Of a DNA stretch of 64,000 nt, positions 13,191-25,990 are shown in pieces. The notes under the pieces were generated by a model. It made no database searches. It worked only from the letters and a program-made list of their open reading frames with translations, and was not told the DNA's origin. Both the position numbers and the translations under genes were made by a program. Within the stretch, counting starts at the first letter, position 1; the number at the start of each line of letters is the position of its first letter. This DNA comes from Stegostoma tigrinum (lineage: Eukaryota). The stretch lies in NCBI RefSeq assembly GCF_030684315.1, contig NC_081370.1:49494728-49558727 (forward strand), in the 5' to 3' direction.

Positions 13191-13639
13191 ATCCAATGGC
13201 TGGAAAGCTGCTTTATTTGATGGGCTGGAGATGGAAGGCTGCTTCACATGATGGACTGGACTGTGTTCACAACTCTCTATGACTACTTGAGATCTTGGGC
13301 AGATTAGTTGCCATTCCATGCTGTGATGCATCCAAATAGAATAATTTCTATGGTGCAAGTATAAAAATTGGTAAGAATCATTGTAGACATGCTGAATTTC
13401 TTTTGTCTGCTGAGGAAGTAGAACCATTGACCATAATGTCAACATGGATGGACTAGGATAGATTGTTGGTGATACTCACTCATAGGGACTTGATGCTCTT
13501 GACCATCTCAAACCTCAGTACCATTGATACAGACAGGGGTGTGTCCTCCACTTTCTTCCTGAAGTTGATGACCAGCTCCTTTGTTTTGCTGACATTGAGG
13601 GAGAGATTGGTATCTTTACACCATGTCACTGAGCTTTAG

Positions 13640-13986
13640 TTTTCTTCGTTCATTCACAGGAGGACATCGCTGGCTAGGCAGCACTTATTGCCATAATTGC
13701 CTGGATGGCAATTAAAAGACAACCAGATTGTTGTGGGTCTGGAGTCACATGTAGGCCAGACCAGGTCAGAATGGCAGTTTAGCTCCCAAAGGGCATTAGT
13801 GAACCAGATAGGTTTTCCCTGACAATCAACAATGGATTCACGGTCATCATTGGATTCTTAATTCCAGATATTTATTGAATTCAAATTCCACCATCTGTTG
13901 AGGTGAGATTTAAACCAGATCCCCAGAATGTTGTCTGGTTCTCTGGGTTAACTGTCCAGTGATAATACCACTGGGCCATCACCTCC
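13640..13986 (-). mobile_element. Second tRNA-derived SINE family (possibly MetaSINE-type core)
   Basis: Reverse complement of 21452-21820: cattagtgaaccaga, gggtctggagtcac, ttgaattcaaattccaccatctg. Confidence 0.8.
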
Positions 13987-14269
13987 TCTGGCTCTCGATC
14001 TCTGACCTACTCTCCATCATGTTGTTGCTTGAGATCCAAAACATTACAGTGGTGTCATCAACAAGTTTGTGAATGGAATTAGATCTGAATTTGGGTACAC
14101 AATCATGAATGCATGACAAGTAGAGTGAGGGGCTGAGTACATGGCCGCAGAGGACACCGGTGTTGAGAATTATTGTGGAGGAGGCATTGTTGCTAATCCT
14201 CACTGATTGTGATTTGTGGGCCAGGAAATCGAAGACCTAGGGGTAGGTGGGGAGCCTACGTCACAGAGA

Positions 14270-14445
14270 CTGGAATAGCGGAGGAACATCCTTTTCCTCA
14301 GGGACTAGCAGTGGAGGCTACAACACCAGACCATGTCAGGTTGGCCAAAATTGCCATCCAGATCAATGCAGTCTCAACTATCTGAATGAATTCCCAGCAC
14401 AATTGGACAAAGGTCAATAACCTTCTCCATTCCGACTGTGTAAGT
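14270..14445 (+). pseudogene. Relic Myb/SANT-like DNA-binding exon, as in the Harbinger accessory ORF
   Basis: Hand translation with stops and a frameshift: RRNILF...HQTMSGW..IAIQINAVST..NSQHNWTKVNNLLHS, ending at a gtaagt donor. Confidence 0.45.
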
Positions 14446-14577
14446 GCTAATATCTTCTCTCTGATACCTCACACTCTATTTCTGCGGCTGTGTCTAGCTA
14501 CAGCAATTACCACTCCCAATATTCCCTACAACATCTTCCTTCATTCACTCTCAACCCTCAACAAAACTAACCCTGCA

Positions 14578-14673
14578 TTCTGAAGAAGCGTTCAGACCCG
14601 AAGCATCAGCTTCTCCACTCCTCTGATGCTGCTTGGCCTGTTGTGTTCATCTAGCTCTACACCTTGTTATCTC
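14578..14673 (+). mobile_element. Penelope-like terminus (family A), single arm
   Basis: ctgaaga-agcgttcagaccc-gaag-catcagc...gcttggcctgttgtgttcatctagc...ttgttatctc. Confidence 0.75.
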
Positions 14674-15061
14674 TGCATACCTCTGTGCTGCCCATGCACT
14701 CACTCAGGGCATCTGCACCAACAGTAACAAGCTATGCCACCCACTTTCACCTCCCTGAATTCCTGCCTCTCTCTCATTCTAAGAGTAAAACAGGTCACAA
14801 GGGGGCAGAGTGTATCCAGGTGGGTAGTGGTCTGCCTGACATTTGACTCCTCACTCCTTCTGGGAACAGGATCCTGACTCTGAACACCCAGAGCGATTGT
14901 CTTAGTGTGTGCCAGTCTGTCGACCAGTATTGGAGGCTGCGCTTGACATATTGTGCCTGGATCTCCCTGAGCAAAGTCATCACTTGATGAAGGACTGTTA
15001 ACAACCAGGAGAAACTCCTTACTTTTGTGCATGTACTAACCAGCAAGGCATTACAGCTGTT

Positions 15062-15160
15062 CTAGAACATTGAACATAGAACAATACAGCACAGTTTAGG
15101 GCCTTCAGCCCATGATGTTGTGCTGACCTATTATCCTACTAAGATCAACCTACCCTGTAC
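15062..15160 (-). mobile_element. CR1 3' tail fragment
   Basis: agaacattgaacatagaacaatacagcac...ggccttcagccc; similar to 25-130. Confidence 0.7.
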
Positions 15161-15859
15161 TGTGAGCCTGTTACCTTTGGCTCAGCGTCAAGGCAGAAAA
15201 GGGCAATGAAGGGCTGGTGTGAGCATCCACGTACGCTCAGAGTGAGATACTGCTAAGACAGCAAGTGAGCAGCCAAGGAATGCAGCCTGGAGCAGTACAT
15301 GAGCTGGGTTTTTGTTTTGCCCCTGAATGTAAAGTGTTCTTACAACTGTATTGCAATGCTAGTTGCTGGTTCAGCCTGGGGTTGCAGCAATGAAGTGCAG
15401 AAGTGGCCTGTAAGTGGATTGGATCCAAGCCATGAGGGTTCTTAGGAGCTGGCACATGTCGGAGGCCAATATCAGTGTTCATCTTGTCTGTGTGTGTGGG
15501 GTCAGTGCCCATGAACGATGCCTTGAATTCTTCTCTGTACCTGATTTCTAACCTGGATGCTCTTTGGATCAAGTGACGAGCTGAAGTCAGCTTGTATCCA
15601 AGCTGATGTCCTTGTTCAGAATTCTTGGCATCCAGTTTGCTCACACTGGGTAGTTTGAGAGAAAGCTGCATATCAATAAGGTAAAATTTACAGTTAATAA
15701 GCTCGTTAACAAGCAATAAACCACTTTAATGGACAATTCACCATTGCTTTGCGAGAATCTCACCTTGATCTCTACAGCTTAGTTGAAATATGCAGTGTTT
15801 TGCCTGCCACATCAAGTTAGGACTCACTGAATTCATTGGCGAACAGACTAGATGAGGGT

Positions 15860-16069
15860 TAATGGGAACTGAAGATGCTGGAGAATCCAAGATAACAAAG
15901 TGTGAAGCTGGATGAACACAGCAGGCCAAGCAGCATCTCAGGAGCACAAATGCTGACGTTTCGGGCCTAGACTCTCTGCTGAAGGGTCTAGGCCCGAAAC
16001 GTCAGCTTTTGTGCTCCTGAGATGCTGCCTGGCCTGCTGTGTTCACCCAGCTACACACTTTGTTATCTT
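15860..16069. mobile_element. Palindromic Penelope-like terminus (family A)
   Basis: Inverted arms; core ctgctga-agggtctaggccc-gaaa-cgtc at 15976-16003; TSD agac(t/c)agat(g/a)agggt at 15845-15859 and 16070-16084. Confidence 0.85.
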
Positions 16070-16410
16070 AGACCAGATAAGGGTGGCAGGTTTTCTTCCC
16101 TAAAGGACATTAGTGAACATGATATGTTTTTAGAACAAAAAAAAATTGTTGGTTCTCCACCACTAATGCAATGTGACCCTCAGATAGGCTGTCAGTAATG
16201 AACTCAGAGTGTGTGCTAAACAGTAATGTTAAGTAGAAACAGGCTGGAAGCCTCCAAATAAATGCTAAGAGATTGAGCACTAAAATAGCAAGCTAAGAAT
16301 GAGTAAGGGACAATACATTGTACATAGATGCATGAGAAATATGTACGTCCATGCACATAAAGTGACCTGGTACAATCATGCAAGTCATAATTATCCCACC
16401 AGTCATAAGT

Positions 16411-16733
16411 GGGTGGCACAGTGCCTAGATGGTTAGCACTACTACCTCCCAACACCAGGGACCTGGGCTCGATTCCACCCTTGAGTGACCATCTGAGTGA
16501 AGTTTGCAATTCTCTCTGCGTCTGTGTGAATTTCCTCCAGGTGCTCCAGTTTCCTCCCACAGTTCAAAGATGTGATGGATTGGCTACACGAAATGGTACC
16601 AGAGGGTACAGGGTTGCGCAGGCTAGGTGGATTAACCCCAAGAAATGCAGAGTTAGAGGGATGGGGAGGATCTGGGTGGGAGGGTCACTGTTGGGCTGAA
16701 TGGCCTGCTTGCATACTACAGGGATTCAATGAT
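16411..16733 (+). mobile_element. HE1/V-SINE-type SINE
   Basis: gggtggcacagtg...ggttagcact...ggctcgattcc; tttcctccaggtgctccagtttcctcccacag. Confidence 0.8.
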
Positions 16734-17894
16734 CCTCAAAGAAAGTGTTGAATGAGGTGATGTGAGAATTGGCTCAAGAGCAGGCAGGATTATGTGTGAT
16801 GTTAATGGTTTGTCAATATTGAATTGTGGGATGAAATATAAGGATATCTTAGAGCACCTACGGATATTATTGTGAAGCATCGGGTGGATGATGACCAGGG
16901 TAAATATTCAGTGAGCTGCAGCCACTAGGTCCCTTGTTTGATTTACAAGTCAGGAATTAGCACCATCTGGTTTCTCAGGGGGGAGGGGAAGAACATTGGA
17001 AGTGATGTACAAATAAGATGAGTTGAGGCTGTTAATGAAACACAAGTACAAGTAAATAAGGTAGAAACTACTCAATGACAAGCTTGTGAAGTCGCTGTTG
17101 AAGATTTGAGGGGAGAAAAGAAACTTTTTTCCTTCTCTACATTTTTCTCCTTTTCTCACCATTGCTCACATCATACTGGGGAGGAAAAACTTACATCCAA
17201 AGTCTTTTGCTTCAGGCTCAATAAAAGCTAGATGAATAAAGAAATAATAATGCACCCTCTGTTGAGGTGTACAAAAGGCAGTATTATGTTGGTGCTTTGT
17301 ATCCATTCATATACCGGTGCATATGAAACAATTCACACATCTTAAAATAAACCGCAAAGCTCTATCTGAATTGTTAACAGCGCTTGAACAATGAGAGGAC
17401 TTTACAGGGGGCAAAGTTCTCCAGAATACCTACAGTCAACACTGCTAGAGAGTGAAATCCTTGACACAAAAGAAAAGAAACAGAAGCCAGAATATAAATG
17501 AAGTTAAAAAATAAAGTCAATTAGGTTGTCACCATTACCATATACAATGGAGAGAAATGTTGACTGAGCCACCTACGGAATATTATTATACTCATAGAAA
17601 TCTGTGCCGGTAATAAACTGCCTGTGAGGCAAGGGCTTTTCATACTGGGACTTTTTTTTGAGATGGGGCAGAAGCATGAACTCTCCAAATACAGTAATAG
17701 GTTCAGTGAAAGATCGATGAAAGCCCTGCATATATTTTGCGCTTAGTTTAACTTCAGCAGATGATCAAGACAAACAACTTAAACACTGTTGTCACAGGTA
17801 ACCTCCTAATTATTTTTTCTTATGTTAGAGCACAAGATCTTTGCACACTACGTCAAGTTGCTGACAAATACATCATTGGTTGCAACAACCAATG

Positions 17895-18360
17895 TAAGAA
17901 CATAAGAACCAGGAGCAGGAGTAGTCCATCCATCCCCTTGAGCCTGATCTCCCATTCAATAAGATCATGGCTGGTCTTTTCATGGATTCCACTTAGCTCA
18001 CCATAACCCTTATTTCCTTAACTGTTCAAAATCTGTCTATCTTTGCCTCAAAAATATTGAATGAGATAGCCTCAACTGCTTCACTGAACAGGGATTTCCA
18101 CAAAATCCCGGCCCTTTGGGTGAAGAAGTTCCTAAGCCCTAAGTCTGCTCCCCCTAGTTTTAGTTTGACCTGCCAGAGGAAACAACCTCCCTGCTTCTAC
18201 ACTATTTTCTATATTTCTATAAGATCCCCCCTGCCCCTTATTCTTCTCAATTCCAGTGAGTATAATCCCAGTCTCTTCAATCACTCTTCAGAAGCCAACC
18301 CTCTCACTTCTGGAATCAACTGAGAGAGCCACCTCTGCATTCCATCCAGTGCCAGTATAT
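17895..18360 (-). mobile_element. CR1 LINE 3' fragment
   Basis: taagaacataagaa tail; colinear with 835-1340. Confidence 0.8.
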
Positions 18361-18946
18361 GCTACCTTATATGAGGATACAGCAAGCCATGGGAATGCAT
18401 TTTCAAATGGTATATGTGGAAAGACTAAAATATTTAGATATTAATAAGATTGTTGAGAATTCAAGGTAGCAGCTCACAGTTTCTGATTGAAGTTGACCTA
18501 AAACAGTACCTAACACAAGAAAGATATTGCAAATGAAGGCATCACACTGCAGCTTAAGTGAAAATGCAACTTGTTGAGATAAATAGAAAATCTATAAAAG
18601 ATGAACTACTGTCTTTGGAAAGCAGGGATTAAACAGCGCAGCAGGTTGCACATGAAGGTTTAATACTTCAAGGGCTGTATGTAGCTTTGGCTTTAAAAGT
18701 AGTGTATTGTCTTATGAAAAAGTTTGTTTTCAAGTAGGAAGAGAAAAATTTGCAACTAGCTTTGAAAGCCTAAAAACAAATCCACAGGGAATGATTAACC
18801 CTTTGGAATACTCCAAATAAATACTTCGATACAACATGCTGAAGAAATGAGACAACTTCTGTATTTTTCTTTTACTAATGGCAAAACTGTTTAAAAGCCA
18901 CTGATTCCATGACAGAGAACATGAAAAAGCAGCCAGTAGATTGCTA

Positions 18947-19485
18947 CGTGATAATGGGAACTGCAGATGCTGGAGAATTCCAAGATAATAAAGTGTGAAG
19001 CTGGATGAACACAGCAGGCCCAGCAGCATCTCAGGAGCACAACAGCTGACATTTTGGGCCTACACCCTTCATCAGAGAGGGGGATGGGGAGAGGGAACTG
19101 GAATAAATAGGGAGAGAGGGGGAGGCGGACCGAAGATGGAGAGTAAAGAAGACAAGAGAGTTGCAATGGGAGAGAGATTCCCTGAGGTTGGTCCGGAGGG
19201 AGGAGGGTAACTTCTTCAGGTTAGGCATCCCTGGAAGAGGCTTCGCAGTGAGGTTAAAATAGTATCAGAGATAATGGGAACTGCAGATGCTGGAGAATTC
19301 CAAGATAATAAAATGTGAGGCTGGATGAACACAGCAGGCCAAGCAGCATCTCAGGAGCACAAAAGCTGACGTTTCGGGCCTAGACCCTTCATCAGAGAGG
19401 GGTCAAGGCCCGAAACGTCAGCTTTTGTGCTCCTGGGATGCTGCTGGGCCTGCTGTGTTCATCCAGCCTCACATTTTATTATTAT
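18947..19485 (-). mobile_element. Penelope-like insertion: two tandem termini plus an inverted arm
   Basis: Terminal unit at ~18948 and ~19268; minus-strand hammerhead cores at 19048-19075 (mutated) and 19368-19395 (intact); inverted arm ~19400-19480; perfect TSD agtagattgcta at 18935-18946 and 19486-19497. Confidence 0.9.
19368..19395 (-). ncRNA. Minimal hammerhead ribozyme core
   Basis: Reverse complement is identical to 58489-58516. Confidence 0.7.
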
Positions 19486-19815
19486 AGTAGATTGCTAACA
19501 TGTTTTAATCTCATTTACTTACATGGATAATTGAACATGTCTGTCATACCTTAATCGTAAATAATGATTATACATTACACGTCTGGAAAATATAAACCTG
19601 GAAAAAGCCACCACAAATGAATATGTGGACACCAGGAAAAGATTCTCCATACGAAATGATCGAATGTTTGTGTCTTAATAATTATTTGTTAAACAACTTC
19701 AGAAACAGATACTTTGCAATCAGGAAAACAAAACATTTCAAGAGAATTGGCAAGGGTTTTTTTGCCATAGCTCATTGAATAGTGAAACAGTAACATAATG
19801 TCACTAAATTAGGAA

Positions 19816-19951
19816 GTTCTGAGGAAGGGTCACTTGACCTGAAACATTAACTCTGTTTCCTCCTCCAAAGATGCTGCCAGACTAGCTGAGTTTTTCCAGC
19901 AACTTTGTTTGTGTTCTTGATTTACAGCATCCACAGTTCTTTCAGTTTATT
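19816..19951 (+). mobile_element. Minimal Penelope-like terminus (family B) starting at the hammerhead
   Basis: gtt-ctgagga-agggtcacttgacct-gaaa-catt-aac; perfect TSD tcactaaattaggaa at 19801-19815 and 19952-19966. Confidence 0.85.
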
Positions 19952-19974
19952 TCACTAAATTAGGAATTCAGTGA

Positions 19975-20980
19975 GTCTTAGAGCCATAGAGTTGTACCGC
20001 AAGGAAACAGACCCTTCGGTTAAATTCATCTGTGCCAACCACAAATCTTAAATTAATCTAGCCCCATTTGTCAACATTTGGCCCCTATCCCTCTAAACCA
20101 TTCCTAATCAGAAACCCATCCACATGCCTTTTAAATGTTGTAATTTTATCAGCCTCTACCAATTCTGCTGGCAAGTTCTTCCACACATGCACCTACCGTT
20201 TCATAAAGATGTTGTCCCTTTGGCCCCTTTTAAATCTTTCCCTTCTCACGTTAGACCTATGCCCTCTAATTATGGGGTCCCCCACCCTGGAGAAAAGACC
20301 TTGGCTGTTACCTTATCCACGCCCCTCTTTTATAGAGATGGTAGGAACTGCAGATGCTGGAGAATCTGAGATTACAAGGTGTAGACCTGGATGAATGCAG
20401 CAGGACAAGCAGCATCAGAAGAGCAGGAAGGGTGAGCAGGAAGGTCTACGCCCAAAACGTCAGCTTGCCTGCTCCTCTGATGCTGCTTGGCCTGCTGTGT
20501 TCACCCTGCTCTAACCTTGTTATCTCTCTTTTATAAACTTCTATAAGGTCACCTCTCAGCCTCCAACCCTCCAGGAAAAATAGCCCTGGACTATTCAGCT
20601 TCTCCCAATAGCTCAAACTGTCCAACTCTAGCAACATCCTTGTAGTTTTTTTTTCTGAATCTTTTCAAATTTCATAACATCCTTCTTACAGCAGGGAGAC
20701 CAGAACTGAGCTCTGTATTCCAAAAGAGGCCTAACCAATGTCTGGTACAGCTGTTCAATGACTTCCCGGCTCCCTGTAATCAATGCAATAACCAATAAAA
20801 GCAAGTATACCAAATACCTTCTTCACTCTTATGTCTACCTGGGGCTCCGCTTTCAAAAACCTATGAACGTGCACCCCGAGGTCCCTGAAGTGGTTAACAG
20901 TCCCCAGGATCTTATCATTAAGTGTATAAGTCTTGCCCTGATTTGCCTTTCCAAAATGCAAGACCTCACATTTATTTCGA
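19975..20980 (-). mobile_element. CR1 LINE fragment interrupted by a PLE palindrome
   Basis: ORFs 20446-21000: NKCEVLHFGK..DLGVHVHR, LYQTLVRPLLEY, LRGDLIEVYK. Confidence 0.85.
20335..20525. mobile_element. Palindromic Penelope-like terminus (family A)
   Basis: Inverted arms; TSD ctcttttata at 20325-20334 and 20526-20535. Confidence 0.85.
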
Positions 20981-21451
20981 TTAAAGACCTTATCGTTCAA
21001 ATCAAATTTAAATTTAATTAATTAATAAGTCTGCAATTTACCTTGAAATTATTGTTGATTGCTGTAAATATGTGCCTGGTCACTTCAGGATTAGTAATCT
21101 GCCATCCTTCCCTATGTCTAATTTACAAGTGATTACACACCCAATGTAATTTGAAGGAGTATTAAATGGGTCATTCAAACAGCCCAATCTGTTGGCTGCA
21201 GCAATTTTGTAGACTCTTTCAACATCTCAAGAACAATTATGTAGACAACAAATGTGGACTTTGCAATATTATATCCAACCAATGAAAGAAAAATGAAAAA
21301 AAATCATTTTCATTGAGGAAGGAGTCAGGTTTTACAAGGGTTAGGCAGGAAAGTGAGGTCAAAGCTATAATCAGATCAGGTATAATCTTACTGATGGTGG
21401 AGCTGGCATGATGGACCAAATAGTCTATTCCTGCTCCTACTCATATGAAGA

Positions 21452-21820
21452 GGAGGCAATAGCCCAGATGTATTATTGCTACACTATTCATCCAGAGACT
21501 GAGGCAATGGTCTGGAGACCGGAGTTCAAATTCCACTGTGACCCCCGATTGTGGAATTTGAATTCAAGAGGAAAAAGTCTGGAATTAAGTGTCTAATGAT
21601 GACCCTGAAACCATTATTGATTGTTTAGGGTAAATAAAACATCTGGTTCACTAATGTCCTTTAGGGAAGGAAACTGCCATCCTGACCTGGTCTGGTGACG
21701 TGACTCCAGACCCATAGCAATGTGGTTGGCTCTTACCTACTCTCTCAGCAATTGGTGAATGGGCAATAAATGTTTCTCTAGCCAGCAGTGCTCACATCCC
21801 ATGAATGAATCAAAAAAAAA
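21452..21820 (+). mobile_element. Second SINE family (possibly MetaSINE-type core), near full length
   Basis: B-box-like ggagttcaaattcc; core ggttcactaatgtcctttagggaaggaaactgccatcct; tail gggcaataaatg...cacatcccatgaatgaat plus A-run. Confidence 0.8.
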
Positions 21821-23448
21821 TTTATAATCCCTGGCATGCGTTTGCAGAAAGTAATTTTGTCTCAGTTTAAACTTGGACGCATTTCAGGCTCTATCTCTTT
21901 ATTTAACTAGTGCACTTGTCATAATGACTAGATGTGGTGATTTGTACATACATGCTGGTTAAAAGCTGATTGACGCCACACAAATATCTTTTATGTGTTA
22001 TACGGGAGATGATGAGAATTTTCACTATAAGTACATGGCAGAATCTTTTTCTTGTGATGAATAAACAATGCCTAATTTGCATTGATCATTCTGCAGTCTG
22101 ACCTTTTACAGACCCTTTTCGTTTTTCTAAAATAAATCTGAAATATCTTTCTTTTGATGTCAAAAGTGTTTACTTAAGGAGTAACATTTTTTATTAATCT
22201 GGGCTTTTCTGTAAATTGTTATGATTTTTACATCTTACAGTCCCATTCATTTAAGGTAAAAATGGAGAATTGTGAATCAAAGCTGCAGAGCCTGCTAAAT
22301 ATAGGTCTTAATTATAGAGTTGGCACTCCCCTCTGCTATTTTGCTTGTAGATTTTACAATGAAGAAAACGTCATAGGATTTTCTGATGAGCTTTAAGACC
22401 TTGGCATCAGGGTTAGATAGGGGGGCAGGGACGGAGGAATGAGGGGGTGGGGGTGTGGTGTGGGCAGGGGTGGAAGTTGTCAGAAGCTCAGATTGTGCAA
22501 GAAACACTTATCAGTGATTCTCCCTTAATTAGTTGCCAAGAGGGTGGTACTGATAGCCAACGAAAGATGGCAGTCAGCTCTCCAGACTGAAAGGCAAAAG
22601 GACACCTTCCAGCAGAAAAGAAACAGAAGCTCGTATTTAAAACAGAGAGAACAAGCGCTTCAAAAAAGGGTGAATTCTCTCCTATTTTCATTCCACTCAT
22701 AATTGAAAACAAAACCCTGCTCTCAGTCAAGAGAACAATTCATGTCACTAAGATCTCTTTAGTTTCCACTCCCTGACCACAACTCACTGCCTTCACATTT
22801 CAGCTTTTAGATTCCCAGCAAGTACATGTCTAGCTATTGGCATCACTAAGGGGATGGCTGAGAGCTTCCACACGTCTCTAAGGAATAAACACCATTATCA
22901 ACTGAGACACTGGGCCACTCTGTATCTTCACTTGCTGAGCCAGCACCAGAAGACTGCAGCTAAACCAGGAGTGAAGATGGGTTGATTCGCCTGGAGGACA
23001 GAGCTGTAGATGATCCTAAATGTAAAAAAAAATCAGAGGAGGGCATTGATGGGCCAGTCCAAGGAGAACACTGATGAATACACTTGCAGAGATGCCCGAT
23101 GTTTTACCGTTCGATTAGATGGCTGTCAAGAAGTGTGGAAGAAATTGGCTCATCACAGCGCATACTGTCACTCAGAGCTTAGCTTCTACCTTTTATGGTG
23201 AATAGTCACCTCGGTGATAGTACTTGTGGAGATGGGTATGGTGCAGTGTCTAGTGGCTACTGTCTCAGCTTCCACTACAATACAAGCAGAAGTCATGCAA
23301 CTATTAAGTGCTAAACTGAAGCTTCTGAGATCTAAACTTGGTGGCATCCAGGTTTTTATCATAGGAGATTTCAACCCATTGAGCCCAACCTGCCATTCAC
23401 CTATGATCATGGTTAATCAAACATTTCAATGCCTTTTGCCCACCCCAT

Positions 23449-23730
23449 GGGGTGTGATAACACTCAGTAGTTAACACTGATGCATCACAGCAGCAGGGAC
23501 CTGGGTTCGATCCCAACTTCGGGCGACCATCTGTGTGGAGTTTGCACATTCTCCTCATGTCTGTGTGGGTTCCCTTCTGGTGCTCCGGTTTCCTCCCCAG
23601 TCTAAAGATGTGCAGGTTGGGTAGATTGACCATGCTAAATTGCCCAAAATGTCCAGGGATGTGCTGGCAAGGTGGATTAGCCATGGGAAATATTGGGTTA
23701 TGGGGACAGGATAATTCTATAGGGATTCTA
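23449..23730 (+). mobile_element. HE1/V-SINE-type SINE
   Basis: gggttcgatccc B box; tgtgtggagtttgcacattctcc...ggtgctccggtttcctccc. Confidence 0.85.
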
Positions 23731-23739
23731 AGATTTCCA

Positions 23740-25600
23740 TACCCTGTACATCACTGGTAATTATAAATTTATCAGTTTATACCTTTAACATCCTCAAAAA
23801 CTGAGCTTCCAAAGCCTTCTGTGGTACAGAATTCCAAAAGTCCACAACCACCTGGGTTAAAAAAGTATATTTTCATATTTTTTACCCTTACCTCAGACCT
23901 AAATGACATTGCCTTTATTTTGAAATTGTTTTCTCTGGTTTTAGACTCACCACTCAGGGAAACATCTCACCCTGTTTGTGCTTTTAAGTATTTTGTTAGT
24001 TTTAGTGAGATCACTTAAAATCCCTCAAAAATGTCCTAAATGCATGCCCAGATTTGCTCAACCTCTCGTTATAGGACAGTCTTGCTATTCTGGGAACACA
24101 TCTGGTCCTTCACTGCACTCAACCAATGGCTGTAATATTTTACTGAGATAAGCAGACCAAAATTGCACTCAATGCTGGAAGTGTGGTCTAACCAATCTCC
24201 TACAAAATTGAAGCAAGACTTCATTACTCCTGTACTCAAATCCTCTTGCAATAAAGGCTATCTTTTCATTCACATTCATCACAGTATGCTGCACCTGCAC
24301 ATTAGCCTTCAGTGATTTATTGACGAGAACAACTAGTGTGCATTTACACTTTCCAACTTCTTATGATTTAGGATTTACTCTGTACATCTGTGGAAAAGTG
24401 GAAAATCTCAATATTTTCCCACAACATATTGTCCCTGCTATGTTCTTGTTCATTCACAAACCCTATCCAAATTCTTTAGAAGACACTTTACATCTTCATC
24501 ACCATGTATATTTCCAGTTAGCAATCTACAATATATTTAAAATATCACATTTGTTCCCATATAGTGAACAGCTTGGCCCCAAGTACTGATCCTTATGGTT
24601 CCTCACTAATCATAGCTTGTCAATGTGACACTGACTCATTTATTCCGACTCTCTGTTTTCTTTCTGTTGCCAGTGATTAATCCACACCAGCACATTACCT
24701 CCTATTCCGTGTACATTAATATAGCCATCCAGCTTTCTGAGGGGGAATTCATCAAAAGCCTTATGAAAACCGAAGTACTCTAAGCCTATCAGTTCTCTTC
24801 GAACATAGAACATAGAACAGTACAGTGTAGGTCAGGCCTTTTGGCCCACAACCCTGTTATGAACATAACACCAAATTAAGTTAATCCCTCCTGCTTGCCC
24901 ATGGTCAATATCACTCCATTTTTTTTGCTCATTCTTCTGCCTACCTAAAAGCCCCTTAAACATCTCTCCAAAAATTTTGTTTGTAGTATCTTCAAAAAAC
25001 TCCAACATGAAGCAAACAAAAATTTCATCAATCAATCTATGCTGACTTTATCAACCAAGTGTGTACATATCCCATCCTTAATTTTCCCAATTACTGATGC
25101 AAAGCTAATAGGTCTGCAGTTCTCTCTCACTCCTTTCTTAAGTAGTGAGATTTGTTGAGCTTATAATAGCCATGTGTGGTTTCAGCGAAACATTGCCTTT
25201 TTGTGTGAAATCGACAGGAGTTTTCACAGTTTGTTTTTATGTTGCTTTTTGCTATTTTGCATTCCTATTCTATTTCCCTTTCCTGAAAAGTTTATTGCTC
25301 TTCCTTTTTTTGTATTCTATTAAACTTGCAATTCTCGGAATGGCTGCTATTTGCAACAACGTTATAGGTTTTTTCCTTTAATCTTTCAGAATGCTGAACT
25401 TCCTTTGTTCACCGTGTTGACCAACAGGTTTTGAGGTTTTGCAGCTTAAAGGAAAGTGCAGTTGTTGTAAGTTATGTCTTAGTTCTATAAAAACTTTGTT
25501 TTTATTTCCACTGCCTATGGGCAGTCATGTGTTTTAATGAATCCATCTTAGCCAATTTTTGCCTCTTGCTTATATTTGAATAAAGAAAGCTGTGTGATAT
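23740..25600 (-). mobile_element. Old CR1 LINE (decayed) with a younger CR1 tail at ~24799-24965
   Basis: Patchy similarity to CR1 ORF2 (gaccaaaattgcactcaat, gctgcacctgcac, atcaaaagcctt); (catagaa)n tail at 24801. Confidence 0.6.
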
Positions 25601-25714
25601 CCTGACTTCAGAATGCAATGCCTCCCTTTAAAACACAGAAAAAAATTGTATTGTGTTGTAGTCATTCATCCTGAGAGGTTATTTTATAACAAGATTATTA
25701 ATTTACTCATTAAA

Positions 25715-25990
25715 ATTAAGGAATAATTGGGAATGTGGTATTAATCTAGAGTTCCTAGTTATGTTCTGGTGACCTGGGTTTAAGTCCAGCCATGGCAGAT
25801 GGTGGAATTTGCATTCAATCTAAAAGTCTGGAATTAAGAATCTAATGATAATCACTCTTGTTGTGAAAACCCACTTGTTTCACTAATCCCCTCTAGGGGA
25901 AATAAAACTGCTGGCAATTGGTTGACTCTCAACTGTCCTCTGGGCTATCAGAGATGGACGACAAATGTCGACAAAAAAAATCCTCTGAAT
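25715..25990 (+). mobile_element. Second SINE family, internally deleted
   Basis: catggcagatggtggaattt...aagtctggaattaag...tcactaat. Confidence 0.7.

Larger units (their letters stand above)
12690..14240 (-). mobile_element. Rex1/Babar-type LINE, 5'-truncated and interrupted
   Basis: ORF 13979-14203 RISNNASSTIILNTG...VLSPSLY...HDC...SNSIHKLVDDTTV (decayed FADD); (atttg)n tail at ~12693; carries PLE and SINE insertions. Confidence 0.8.
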
